DNA of 64,000 bases from a virus. Shown piece by piece: positions 19,555 through 28,769 of the stretch. The first letter of the stretch is position 1; each line of letters starts with the position of its first letter. The notes under the pieces were generated by a model that saw nothing but the letters and a program-made list of their open reading frames with translations, made no database searches and had not been told where the DNA came from. The translations under genes and the position numbers were made by a program. The DNA lies in the IMG/VR virus record IMGVR_UViG_3300002461_000777, positions 3,256-67,255 of that record; one strand, written 5' to 3'.

Positions 19555-19861
19555 TTTTGACATCAAGTTGCTGGCAGCACCAACACCATCGGATGCGGCC
19601 AAGATTAAATTCGAGAAAGGTCGCGCCGAGCATGGCGAGATCTTCTTGAAAGATCCCAAAGTTGAGATTTATCAGGAACTGTTAGATGCCATGAATTATT
19701 GCGATGTTGCTATCAGCCGTGGCGACAATACAATGAAAAACTTTAAAGATATATTGGAAGCACTGGCTTTGGATATCAGGGCCGATCTTTATCAAAGTGG
19801 TTTTGAAGATCATCAAGGCAAATGTTATCCTTGGGACGACATTGTTAACGCCAAATGGTAG
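19520..19861 (+). CDS. hypothetical protein, possible all-alpha NTP pyrophosphatase
   Basis: KG..EHG...E..QELLDAMNY pattern. Confidence 0.4.
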   Translation: MENSELNQFINDFDIKLLAAPTPSDAAKIKFEKGRAEHGEIFLKDPKVEIYQELLDAMNYCDVAISRGDNTMKNFKDILEALALDIRADLYQSGFEDHQGKCYPWDDIVNAKW

Positions 19862-19873
19862 GAGATTGAATTT

Positions 19874-20227
19874 ATGGGGATGTATGACACAATTTATGTT
19901 GATGTGCTAGGAGATCATGATTATCAGACAAAGAATCTTGATTGCAACCTAGACTATTACAAGATTGATCGCAGAGATAATAAACTCTACTTCAAGCCGG
20001 GTGTGATGGGGATGCTAAGATCTCCTGACTGGGCTTCAGTAATCGAGCCAGTTCCAGAAGGTGTTTTGTGGTTTCATGGTTTCAGAGAAGGTAGATTTGA
20101 AGAATATCGTGCTTACTTCGATAATTCAAACGAATGTTACTTAATCGAAATTCTGATAGAAGCCGATAATACTTGGAAAAAGGTTTGGGGTAAAATTAGG
20201 CCATGTTATCACCCAAAGGGGACTTAA
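19874..20227 (+). CDS. conserved phage hypothetical protein
   Basis: MGMYD...YQTK.LDC.L..Y motif. Confidence 0.6.
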   Translation: MGMYDTIYVDVLGDHDYQTKNLDCNLDYYKIDRRDNKLYFKPGVMGMLRSPDWASVIEPVPEGVLWFHGFREGRFEEYRAYFDNSNECYLIEILIEADNTWKKVWGKIRPCYHPKGT

Positions 20228-20442
20228 AAATTCAAGCTAACTACAGCCAAAAGAGCTTGCACATATTCTCCAGATCACAACATCATATCGTTCCCGGTAT
20301 TTGGTATGATCAGTTTGATGCAGATGGTGGCTATTTTTTTATCGATCCGGAGAACATGTCATCCATGGTTGAATGTTTCGAATCTATTGGGATTAAAGTA
20401 AGACAAGTCCCAATCAACACACCCAATCAACACACCCAATAA
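20203..20442 (+). CDS. hypothetical protein
   Basis: 79-aa ORF. Confidence 0.5.
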   Translation: MLSPKGDLKIQANYSQKSLHIFSRSQHHIVPGIWYDQFDADGGYFFIDPENMSSMVECFESIGIKVRQVPINTPNQHTQ

Positions 20443-20456
20443 ATCAGAGGTTTAAT

Positions 20457-20633
20457 ATGATAATTTTATTTGATGTTTCTTTAGTTCTAGCAACCATTTT
20501 GATGATGGCGCTATTTCATCCAAAATTCCGCAATATCCTCTTCGAATATGAGGATATTGTAACTGCTTGTGGGGCTTTTGTAGCTGTAGCAATGGTCGTG
20601 AGTGGTATAGATTCATTTGTTATCAGCCGATAA
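20457..20633 (+). CDS. small membrane protein (58 aa, not in ORF track)
   Basis: GAGG RBS; two hydrophobic segments. Confidence 0.55.
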   Translation: MIILFDVSLVLATILMMALFHPKFRNILFEYEDIVTACGAFVAVAMVVSGIDSFVISR

Positions 20634-20659
20634 TACCTCTCTCGTGTTATAATAAATAT

Positions 20660-20802
20660 TGAAGACGTTCTCCAAAGGGAGGACACTTTGTAACAGAATA
20701 ACTGATGGAAGTTTCATCAGAAACGCTGGTCCGGAGTGGCTAGTACCAATGGCGAACGGGCGCTTATGAGTCCGTTCCCTAAAATTTAAGGAAGGTTCTC
20801 AT
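20660..20802 (+). ncRNA. candidate structured leader RNA
   Basis: Four consecutive hairpins between promoter (TGTTATAATAAATA 20645-20658) and ATG 20803. Confidence 0.55.
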
Positions 20803-21201
20803 ATGAGATTATTAATAGTTTTTTTGTTCGTTTCATGTCTGTTTTCCGAAGTATCACCAGCGGGTAAGGTCAGGTCCAAATTCGAGACCCTCAAATGCCC
20901 TATCACGCAAAAGGCAGAATTCTTCGTCGAGATGTCAGACAAATATGATTTAGATTACCGTTTGTTACCTGCTATTGCGATTATAGAATCATCCTGTGGG
21001 AAGAACTATATTAAAAGCACCAACAATTTTCTTGGATGGGGCAGTGGCAAAATCAAATTCAGAAGTCAAGAAGAATGTATCGAGACCGTAGCTAAGTATA
21101 TCTCTGAGCGTTATCCCAAAGGTACTACGGCTATTTTGAAGAAATTCAATCCCAGACCGGAATATACCACCAAGGTTGACAAGGTGATGAAATCTTTCTA
21201 A
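20803..21201 (+). CDS. secreted lysozyme-like / glucosaminidase-type cell wall hydrolase
   Basis: Signal peptide; LLPAIAIIESSCG catalytic ES motif; NNFLGW. Confidence 0.75.
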   Translation: MRLLIVFLFVSCLFSEVSPAGKVRSKFETLKCPITQKAEFFVEMSDKYDLDYRLLPAIAIIESSCGKNYIKSTNNFLGWGSGKIKFRSQEECIETVAKYISERYPKGTTAILKKFNPRPEYTTKVDKVMKSF

Positions 21202-21263
21202 ACAAATGCATCTTATCCAAGAATTCATTATGTGATTTATTTCTGATATGGTAAAATGTTATT

Positions 21264-21620
21264 ATGCAATTGTCTCACACCTGCCGCGAAACACCAGACT
21301 GGAAATACAATAACAGAGCTTCACATGCCTCTACTGCCAGATCTTTATATGATAACTGGCATGATCCTAAGGTACTGTCAATAAAGGGAAATTTCCTGCC
21401 TAAGACATTCTTCGGTAAACTCGATTTGATTTATAAGTTGATTGTCTGTGGAGTCTTTCATTCACACAACGATTTAGAACTGCATACCGCCATGTACAGA
21501 TGTTCTAAATGTGACATCCGTTATCAAGCCTTTTGGTCGGAGTCGAAGAAATCTCTGACTGGTCATGAGATCCCCGTTGGCAGCATGTTCCAGAGGATCA
21601 AAAAGATCTGGAATGCTTAA
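21264..21620 (+). CDS. hypothetical protein
   Basis: 118 aa, CSKC; TAAAAT 6 nt before ATG. Confidence 0.6.
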   Translation: MQLSHTCRETPDWKYNNRASHASTARSLYDNWHDPKVLSIKGNFLPKTFFGKLDLIYKLIVCGVFHSHNDLELHTAMYRCSKCDIRYQAFWSESKKSLTGHEIPVGSMFQRIKKIWNA

Positions 21621-21795
21621 GATTCCAACAATCGCACGTCAAGAACCATTGAAATGTGAACTATGTGGTCAAGTCAAAGAACTTCGTCCATATGGTCCAC
21701 GAGGTGAGAATGTGTGTTTCGATTGTGGGATGAAGAATGAAAAAGCCGCCACAAGACAAATGAAGAGGGTTTTGTATGGAGAAACTGAAAACTAA
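21565..21795 (+). CDS. small zinc-finger protein
   Basis: CELCG...ELRPYGP.GENVCFDC. Confidence 0.6.
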   Translation: MRSPLAACSRGSKRSGMLKIPTIARQEPLKCELCGQVKELRPYGPRGENVCFDCGMKNEKAATRQMKRVLYGETEN

Positions 21796-22210
21796 AACTG
21801 TCTTCTGTGGATGCGGTAAAGAATGTCGTCTCACTAAAGGCCAAGAAATATATGGTGGGACTGATCGACAGGTATCAAGTTATATAAGCCAGTGTAATTA
21901 TTGGCTCTGTGACTCATGTGGTGCGTATGTGGGTTGTCATGGAGATTCAGGTATTCCTCTCGGAACACCAGCTGATTTAGAAACCAGATATGCTCGTAAA
22001 CAAGCATATGAATATTTCGACTGGATCTGGAAGATACGGGGAAAATACAATCGTAGTCAGCTTTATCGATGGTTGGCCGACAAGATGGAATTGACTTCCG
22101 AACAATGTCATATCGGGTTATTCAGTGCCACCCAATGTCGCATAGCAATAGAATTAGTCAAAGAGCATAGGAAAGAACTTTGTGAATACACTGTTGGTGA
22201 GGAAGTATGA
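21776..22210 (+). CDS. zinc-finger protein (DUF3268-like)
   Basis: C..CGAYVGCH...PLGTPA...R.AR..A...FD.IW...R...Y.WLA..M...CHIG.F. Confidence 0.75.
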   Translation: MEKLKTKTVFCGCGKECRLTKGQEIYGGTDRQVSSYISQCNYWLCDSCGAYVGCHGDSGIPLGTPADLETRYARKQAYEYFDWIWKIRGKYNRSQLYRWLADKMELTSEQCHIGLFSATQCRIAIELVKEHRKELCEYTVGEEV

Positions 22211-22467
22211 CAGACCTTCTTATTGGTTGGGGTACTGTCGATGAGAGTATTGCTGAATACGCTTATGCCATCTATCGCCATCGCCAAGAACATGGTATCG
22301 ATGGCGATCATCTCTCAGACTGGCACGACGGGAAGATCGCATACGAAGAAGCATGTGAATCGAGTCGTTTGGAATTAATCAAATTCATTGAGGCGGATGT
22401 TTGTCAATATGATCGACAATTCTTGAATGAAATTTTAAGAATGAGACGTGAAAGGGAAAAAGTATGA
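22207..22467 (+). CDS. hypothetical protein
   Basis: ATGA overlap with previous gene. Confidence 0.6.
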   Translation: MTDLLIGWGTVDESIAEYAYAIYRHRQEHGIDGDHLSDWHDGKIAYEEACESSRLELIKFIEADVCQYDRQFLNEILRMRREREKV

Positions 22468-22646
22468 ATATCACAGAATTAGCAAAGAAGATTGCTGAGA
22501 AGATTCTTGCAGATGTTACTGATCGAAGAGGGTGGAAACAGGAATATTATCAAATGGATGATGATATTAAAAAAGAAATTGAAGAGACATGGATCAAAGA
22601 AATCAAAAAGATCCTCAATGAAGAAGAAAGAAAACAAATCACATAA
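22464..22646 (+). CDS. hypothetical protein
   Basis: ATGA overlap with previous gene. Confidence 0.6.
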   Translation: MNITELAKKIAEKILADVTDRRGWKQEYYQMDDDIKKEIEETWIKEIKKILNEEERKQIT

Positions 22647-22658
22647 TCAGATATACAG

Positions 22659-22687
22659 AAAAGGGGGACTCTTGCGAGTCCCCCTTG
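22659..22687. terminator. bidirectional intrinsic terminator after gp23
   Basis: AAGGGGGACTC-TTGC-GAGTCCCCCTT hairpin between convergent genes. Confidence 0.85.
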
Positions 22688-22712
22688 ATTCAGCTTACGA
22701 CTCCGTCTACGA

Positions 22713-23969
22713 TTAAAGCAGGTTCGTGACTTTGGTAAGTCTGTAGAACGGATTGCTTGTCGGTGTGATGTCGCCAGTTGAGTTCGTGTAGAACGGATTG
22801 CTGACGAGACCATAACGAGTCTTGAATGCGATACGCGGAACGAAATTGTCCTGACCAGTTGCTCTCATCATCTGGAGCGGGACATAAGGACAATAAAAGA
22901 ATCCGGCATCGAACGGGTGAGCGCCCTTGTAACCGACCATCAGGAGTTCGTTACCAGCTGAATCCGAGAAGTAGGGGTCGATATAAACGCGGAACTGGTT
23001 GTTGAGCACACCAGCAAAGGTATTGCCAGTATCATCAACAGTCAGGTTGGTTGAGAGAGCAGGAGCGTAAGAAAGCATGCCTGAGGTAGCGAGGGCAGAT
23101 GCAACGTCTGACGAGCAGATGATGATGTTACCCTTACCGCGACGGGTCTTACGAGCGATCTCGTTAGCTTCACGATCAGCAAAGAACAAGAGACCCTTGA
23201 AGGTTTCTTCCATGTGACGACCGTTTGAGTCTACTGCCAAATTGAAGGTACCTGCAACAGCAGTATTCTTCTGTGCACCAGTCTGAGCAATGTAGTACAG
23301 AGTACGGACTGTTTCACGGTTGATTTCGGCCAAGATCTCTGAGCTTAACATTGTTGCCAATTCAGCTTCTGCATCCAGATTATGAATGCTCTTGAGATCC
23401 TGAGCGAGTTCGTGAGAGAATTCAGCTTTCAGGAAGCGAGTTCTAGCATTAACATTGACCTTGTCAATGGTGAGTGCCATTTCGCTAGGGGTAGCAAGTG
23501 CTTCAACCGCAGAGGTAGTGAAACCGTTACCAGTTGCAAAACCACCATCAAAGGGGCTTGAAGCAGCATGAGAACCAGTACCTGAGAAGTCGGTGTCAGC
23601 TTCGTTAAAGAGAGCTTCAGCACCAGCTTGGCTAGTATACTTGGAACGCATTGCAAAGATGATACCGTTGGGACCAGTCATTGCCTGAACGCCGCAAATA
23701 TCGTATGCCATCAAGTTGGGCATTGAACGACGCAGCAATCCAATGAGGACCGGATCAAAAGTAGCAACTGCTCCGCCACCCTGATTGTTCGCAGGTGCAG
23801 CTTCTGTGAGGAATGAGGAAGTGCCAATATTACCCAACATCTTTTCAGTGTTTTCGAATACCAGTGCTGTCGCAACACGCCGATTATGATCTTCAATCTT
23901 CCGGTACTTCGGGTGATCAAGAACTTGAGACCACTTTTCCAGAAGAACGTTAAAATTTTGACTTTCCAT
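22713..23969 (-). CDS. 23: major capsid protein
   Basis: LLEKW..VL, FDPVLI.L.RRSMPN.MAYDICGVQ.M.GP, ELAQDLK.IH.LDAE.EL, KTRRGKGN, GFFYCPYVPL, FKTRYG. Confidence 0.98.
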   Translation of the reverse strand: MESQNFNVLLEKWSQVLDHPKYRKIEDHNRRVATALVFENTEKMLGNIGTSSFLTEAAPANNQGGGAVATFDPVLIGLLRRSMPNLMAYDICGVQAMTGPNGIIFAMRSKYTSQAGAEALFNEADTDFSGTGSHAASSPFDGGFATGNGFTTSAVEALATPSEMALTIDKVNVNARTRFLKAEFSHELAQDLKSIHNLDAEAELATMLSSEILAEINRETVRTLYYIAQTGAQKNTAVAGTFNLAVDSNGRHMEETFKGLLFFADREANEIARKTRRGKGNIIICSSDVASALATSGMLSYAPALSTNLTVDDTGNTFAGVLNNQFRVYIDPYFSDSAGNELLMVGYKGAHPFDAGFFYCPYVPLQMMRATGQDNFVPRIAFKTRYGLVSNPFYTNSTGDITPTSNPFYRLTKVTNLL

Positions 23970-23998
23970 TAAAGTTCTATCTCCTAATTAAATATTTA

Positions 23999-25081
23999 TT
24001 AAATTGGCAATTTGTCTAATGCCAATGCGTATTGTGACACGCGATCAACGGGCTTCTTAACTGTTTCTGTTGCTGGCTTATCATTGATAGCAGCTTCAGT
24101 CAGAGGCACTGATGTCGCAGAAGTGGACTTGCGAGTAAAATAACTTTCTTTCAATTGTTTAGCTTTTTCGCCAAATTCCTTGCGATTTGTGTATTCCACA
24201 TTCTCAAGCAAATCTCGCAGCTTAGCAACTTGGGTTGATGTCAAGCCTTCACGAAGTGACTGTACAACGGCTTCGCGCTTGCTGAGATTAACCTGTTCAT
24301 TCAACTCTCCGTTAAGTTTGATTTCGTTGTTCAAACGAGTTTCAAGTTTGGTAACCTGCTCTTCGAGTGTCTGTACTAAATCAACCTTATTGGCCGGAAC
24401 ATCAATGTAATGCTCTTCGAAAAGATTCTTCAGACGGGACATGAATGACTCTGACAATTCGGTACGGATACCTCGTTCGAGTTCAATCGTATGTTCCTTC
24501 TTCCAATTCTCAACAATTACATCAACATATTTGCCGACTTTGTTTTCGAGAATAGATTCATTTTCTTTGGCTTCTGCAATGTGACGATTGCGGTTAGCAA
24601 TCGCACGCTCGAACAGTCGCTTTGCATACTGACGCCGAATAGCGGTCGTATGTTCCTTGACTGACTTGCGAACAGCAGCTTCGAAAATTACACGTGCTTT
24701 TTCTTTGAAAGACTCATTCAGATCATCTTCCCCATCGAGCAATGCATCCATATGCTCCTTGACATCGATAGGCATTTCAGGATCTTCAAGTTCAGTATTT
24801 TCGTCTTCCTCATCGAGGTCCACTTCTACCGAATCTTCGTCTTCTTCTTCTAGTTCTTTCTTTTTGATATCGAAATCTTCGTCTTCCGTATCAGTTGCCA
24901 TTGGTGCGGTTGGTTCTTCTAAGCTAGTGCTGGCCTTGCTCTTAACCCCAGTAATGGGATTGGTAGCTTGAGGAGCCGTTGCTGAAGGAACGCCAATTTT
25001 CGGATCAAGGCCACTCGGAGCGGAAGGCACTTCAACAGGCCCACCAATATCCAAGTTTTCTTTCAGTTTCTTTTTATTCAT
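23999..25081 (-). CDS. 22: prohead core scaffolding protein
   Basis: ESFKEKA..IFEAAV, IELERGIRTELSESF...LK.LF.EHYI.VP; upstream of gp23. Confidence 0.92.
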   Translation of the reverse strand: MNKKKLKENLDIGGPVEVPSAPSGLDPKIGVPSATAPQATNPITGVKSKASTSLEEPTAPMATDTEDEDFDIKKKELEEEDEDSVEVDLDEEDENTELEDPEMPIDVKEHMDALLDGEDDLNESFKEKARVIFEAAVRKSVKEHTTAIRRQYAKRLFERAIANRNRHIAEAKENESILENKVGKYVDVIVENWKKEHTIELERGIRTELSESFMSRLKNLFEEHYIDVPANKVDLVQTLEEQVTKLETRLNNEIKLNGELNEQVNLSKREAVVQSLREGLTSTQVAKLRDLLENVEYTNRKEFGEKAKQLKESYFTRKSTSATSVPLTEAAINDKPATETVKKPVDRVSQYALALDKLPI

Positions 25082-25189
25082 ATCACTCTCCGTAGTGGAT
25101 TGCGCAAATATTTATGCAAATATTCACAAAGCATATAGGTATTTAATAGTTACTTTACGAGATGATTATTAAAATGATATAATAGTTCT

Positions 25190-27212
25190 ATGAATGCAAC
25201 AGATCTCAAAGCAGGAATGATTTTAGCTAAGAAAATTACTCAGTCTCCACAAGATGAAGATGCTCGTTTGATCATTCTTGACGTCCGAAAGAATGATCAA
25301 AACGATCTAACAGAAATTTTGGTCTGGGAACTTGGTATAAATGTTCTGGGTGGGTGGATACCCGCCGATTCGATTTTGTTTTTCTGGGAAGTCATAGCCG
25401 TACCAAGCACCCCACAGCCAACTCTTATTAGTAATATTCATGACTTGGAGGGATATCTATAATGATACTCTGGTACAACATTGAAGAATTACCTGCCGAT
25501 GGTAAGATCTATGATGGTGCAGATTGTGGTGCTGAACTGGTACGCCATATCCCGGCCACCGTCATGCATGTTGAACAATTACTTGCTTTGAAACCGGACG
25601 GGCTTCGTCGACGGATGCGTATACGGAATGGTAAATGGGGGAGTGCCGATCTCATTGGTGGGACGATTGGGGATACGAAATGATTTATCGGGTCTATTGT
25701 GATCATCGATATGTGGGTAGTGGCAGAACTTATGATGAGGCTGTCTTAATCTCTCTTAATTACGATGTCTACGAAATAATCGTGATTGAGACCACCACCA
25801 AAGATGCTCCTCTAGAATTGTCTCGAAGGAAACATACTGTTAGGTCAACACCAAAGACAAATGCAGAAGCTTTTAGAGTCGGTTTGTAAACATTACTTGA
25901 TCCGAAAGTTCAAACGTGGTAAAATTGTCTTATGATCACCTTTGAAGAAGCACAAGAAATGATGGTTATTACAGACCGTTTAAATGGCTTGATGTCATCC
26001 GAAGATTATGGCTACTATCTCGAAGCCAAGGGGGAAATCGAAGCCGAACGAGCCGTCGAGCGCTATTACGAGGATCGTGGTTGGCAAGAAGCTCTAATGG
26101 AGAGCTATGTTGAATCAGGATTCATTGCAAGGTTCTGATATGCCAAACTATATGAAAGCGGGGTTCTGATATGCCAAACTATATGAAAGCGGGGTTCTGA
26201 TATGCCAAACTATATGGAAGAAGCATTTGCTCCAGCCACAGCACAATATGCTTACGAAGTACAAAAAGACACTTGGGGCCATCTGGCTTTAAAACGCAAT
26301 CGCAAATACCATGGTCATATGATTTTCTCTCATGTCGGTTATGGTGGTCATCTTGCGATTATTTACTCCGAATGGAATGGTCTGGAGGATTCACCATGGT
26401 TGTATAATGCCATGGAAGAATTCGCCTTTGGCCTCTCGGGTAGTACTGATGATGTAGTTCAGGGTGCTGTGTATCGTTTTGATGGTATGGTGAGGAACTA
26501 TAAATTCGTTGGTACTCGCTCTGTACTTTACATGCCGAAGGGGATCGCTTAAATGGTTGGATCAATCGAAGAAAGAGGAACGAACTTGGGACAGAATGAC
26601 AAAGTCAGAATGATGCCAGTATTAACCAGCGGATATCAGAAATTGGGTTTCGTGGCTAAACTGGTTGACCAAAACGATAGTGATATCGCCTTCTTCAAGG
26701 ACTACAATATCGCCAACACCTTTATGGAATCGTATAACAAAAGGATTGATAATGACTCACGATGAAATGCTGAGTCAGAGGCAATTCAATTTTTATTGTC
26801 GTTTTGGTTTGAATCTAATATACCTGACTGTTGGTGTCGAATTGGATATAACCAAAATGAACGGTAAAAATGTTGCTGTTCGAGTTACTCCCCGATGGAC
26901 AACAACGAGATGGATGTCATCAGGATGGATGGGTAAAATTATGTTGGGTTTTCAGTTCGAGGTGCTACTGTCACAATGACTTCAACATTCGGTTTACAAG
27001 TAAATCTTGGTTATGTCGCCTTCGAAGTCGATATCTATTATTCTTCATTCTTCGCAGAGAAACTCCATCGCCGCAACAAATTTCAATTAATCCGAACTGA
27101 GACCGGGATTTGTTGTGGCAACAAAAACAATACACGTATCAATTTGCAAATGATAAAGCGGCCAAGGTGGATCTTTGGTGTAAGTTGCTTTACTTTAAGC
27201 CAGAACGATTAG
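25190..27212 (+). other. plus-strand island of about 9 small hypothetical genes inserted between genes 21 and 22
   Basis: ORFs 25190-25462, 25462-25683, 25680-25889, 25932-26138, 26202-26552, 26553-26765, about 26752-26979, 26976-27212 with coupled starts and stops. Confidence 0.7.
26131..26217 (+). repeat. 31-bp tandem repeat, about 2.8 copies, spanning a stop-start junction
   Basis: GGTTCTGATATGCCAAACTATATGAAAGCGG starting at 26131, 26162, 26193. Confidence 0.92.
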
Positions 27213-27892
27213 CTCAGTAAGTCGGTGAATCTCTTCAATTGATAGGCTGAAGCTGGCCGGGATATAGAATCCAAGAAATTACCGAATTCCTTGATCGCTA
27301 CTTCTTCCTTGAATTTCTTCTCGAAAGATTTCTTAACACTTTCACATTTTTGTTCAGTGAGAATTCCAGAATTCCAGACCCATTCTTTATTCTCGACAAT
27401 ACCACGAACGAATGCGTCCGGTGCTGATGGATCACCAACAATATCAGCTGCAGTGGTCAAATGGAAATCGTCTCCGACTACCGAGACACCGTTTTTCTCA
27501 GTGAGAGAACCCAAAGCACGACTCGATACACCCAATTTAACTTCTTCATCAATTAATACTTGAGCGATCTTGCCATAAGGCGTATCCATGACTTTAGCCT
27601 TGCCGATGAAGTCATTGCCTTCTTTGATCAGAGACTTGATGATGTGTGAAGATCTCTCAAAATTGATAGTGGCATTTTCTGGGTGTCCCAATTCACCGAG
27701 TGCTCTGTTTGTAACAATCATCTCCCTGTTATAACGGTTTACTTCAGCTTCCATTATCGCAAGAGGATAGACTCTACCATTCCGATTCGTCTTGTTGGAT
27801 TGTAGAAATACGCCCTCAATGTAATATGACTTTTTGCCATTTTTCATCGTGGGTGTTACAAGAGCTTGATTATACTCGGTGATGAGTTTCAT
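27209..27892 (-). CDS. 21: prohead protease
   Basis: MKLITE, YIEGVFLQS...NRNGRVYP, ALGELGHP, GVSSRALGSL, DIVGDPSAPDAFV. Confidence 0.97.
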   Translation of the reverse strand: MKLITEYNQALVTPTMKNGKKSYYIEGVFLQSNKTNRNGRVYPLAIMEAEVNRYNREMIVTNRALGELGHPENATINFERSSHIIKSLIKEGNDFIGKAKVMDTPYGKIAQVLIDEEVKLGVSSRALGSLTEKNGVSVVGDDFHLTTAADIVGDPSAPDAFVRGIVENKEWVWNSGILTEQKCESVKKSFEKKFKEEVAIKEFGNFLDSISRPASAYQLKRFTDLLS

Positions 27893-27911
27893 ATGAATAT
27901 TTAGTTGGAAG

Positions 27912-28412
27912 TTAGATTATACCCAATGACAAAGCTGCTTTTGCTTTTTCGATATGTGCCGCCACATCGTTATGAGCAATATACTGCATAGGGAATCCGT
28001 CATAGCAGTGGATACAATCTTTGGTCTGACCCAACAGTAATTGGTGTTTCTTGTTTTTCTTGAAAGTGAAGGATTTGGAATCAGGGCATTTTTCCAAATC
28101 CTCATCTTCCATCCAAGATTCATTCAATTTCCCATTTAAATGAATATGAAGAGAATTAGCATCGACTCCTGCGACATTACTCTCAGGCATAGACCACATA
28201 TTGTTTTCAGGAAACAAACCATCACCATTGGCAGCGACAAGCAATCTTTCTGGTCCTTTCTGGAATTCCAGAATGGGTTGATTTGCGGTTGCTGGAATGA
28301 CTAGCTTGAAACCATTTGTTTCAGCCTCAGATGCCACAGCAGCGAAAGAGCCTACTGGATATACGATATCCTCAGCTTCTTTCAGGAGTGATTTAATTCT
28401 TCTTATATTCAT
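27912..28412 (-). CDS. head-region protein, possible prohead-core or internal protein
   Basis: Between gp67 and gp21; MNIRRIKSLLKE-A and internal LNE-S resemble gp21 sites. Confidence 0.55.
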   Translation of the reverse strand: MNIRRIKSLLKEAEDIVYPVGSFAAVASEAETNGFKLVIPATANQPILEFQKGPERLLVAANGDGLFPENNMWSMPESNVAGVDANSLHIHLNGKLNESWMEDEDLEKCPDSKSFTFKKNKKHQLLLGQTKDCIHCYDGFPMQYIAHNDVAAHIEKAKAALSLGII

Positions 28413-28602
28413 TCTTCTTATATTTATTGGCGTCTGTTCTTGTCAAGGTGGCAGAACCAGATACATCCTTCGATTCAGAATCTTCCGTCGATACTTCGGC
28501 AGTGACTTCAGGGACAGCTTCAACAGTCACCGAACTTTCAATTTTAGCTTCTGGTTTTACTTTTTCAACATAGTCAAAACCAGCGAGTCCGTATCTTTTC
28601 AT
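28393..28602 (-). CDS. small acidic/charged protein
   Basis: 69-aa ORF in head operon. Confidence 0.5.
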   Translation of the reverse strand: MKRYGLAGFDYVEKVKPEAKIESSVTVEAVPEVTAEVSTEDSESKDVSGSATLTRTDANKYKKNEYKKN

Positions 28603-28605
28603 GGG

Positions 28606-28761
28606 TTATGAATTTTCCTTTTTATTGTCCTTGAACATACCACGAGCGATCTCTTTGGCTGTTTCTCGAACAGAATCTCTTGATTTTTGATTAAGTTGTT
28701 GTTTCAATTCTTCTTCGAATTTAACAAAATTGTCGTTTTTGATGTTTTGAATCAGGCTCAT
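28606..28761 (-). CDS. 67: prohead core protein gp67-like (51 aa, not in ORF track)
   Basis: MSLIQNIKNDNFVKFEEELKQQLNQKSRDSVRETAKEIARGMF; directly after portal as in T4. Confidence 0.7.
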   Translation of the reverse strand: MSLIQNIKNDNFVKFEEELKQQLNQKSRDSVRETAKEIARGMFKDNKKENS

Positions 28762-28769
28762 ACTTTTAT

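Noticed and set aside
20411-20440. 13-bp duplication CAATCAACACACC at a gene end
   Set aside because: Only two copies; consistent with simple slippage and no functional signal
20700-20725. Hammerhead ribozyme (CTGATG...GAAA)
   Set aside because: CTGATG pairs with CATCAG as a hairpin; core is CTGATGG and stems I and III are absent
26131-26217. CRISPR array
   Set aside because: 31-bp units are directly contiguous with no spacers; no cas genes in the window
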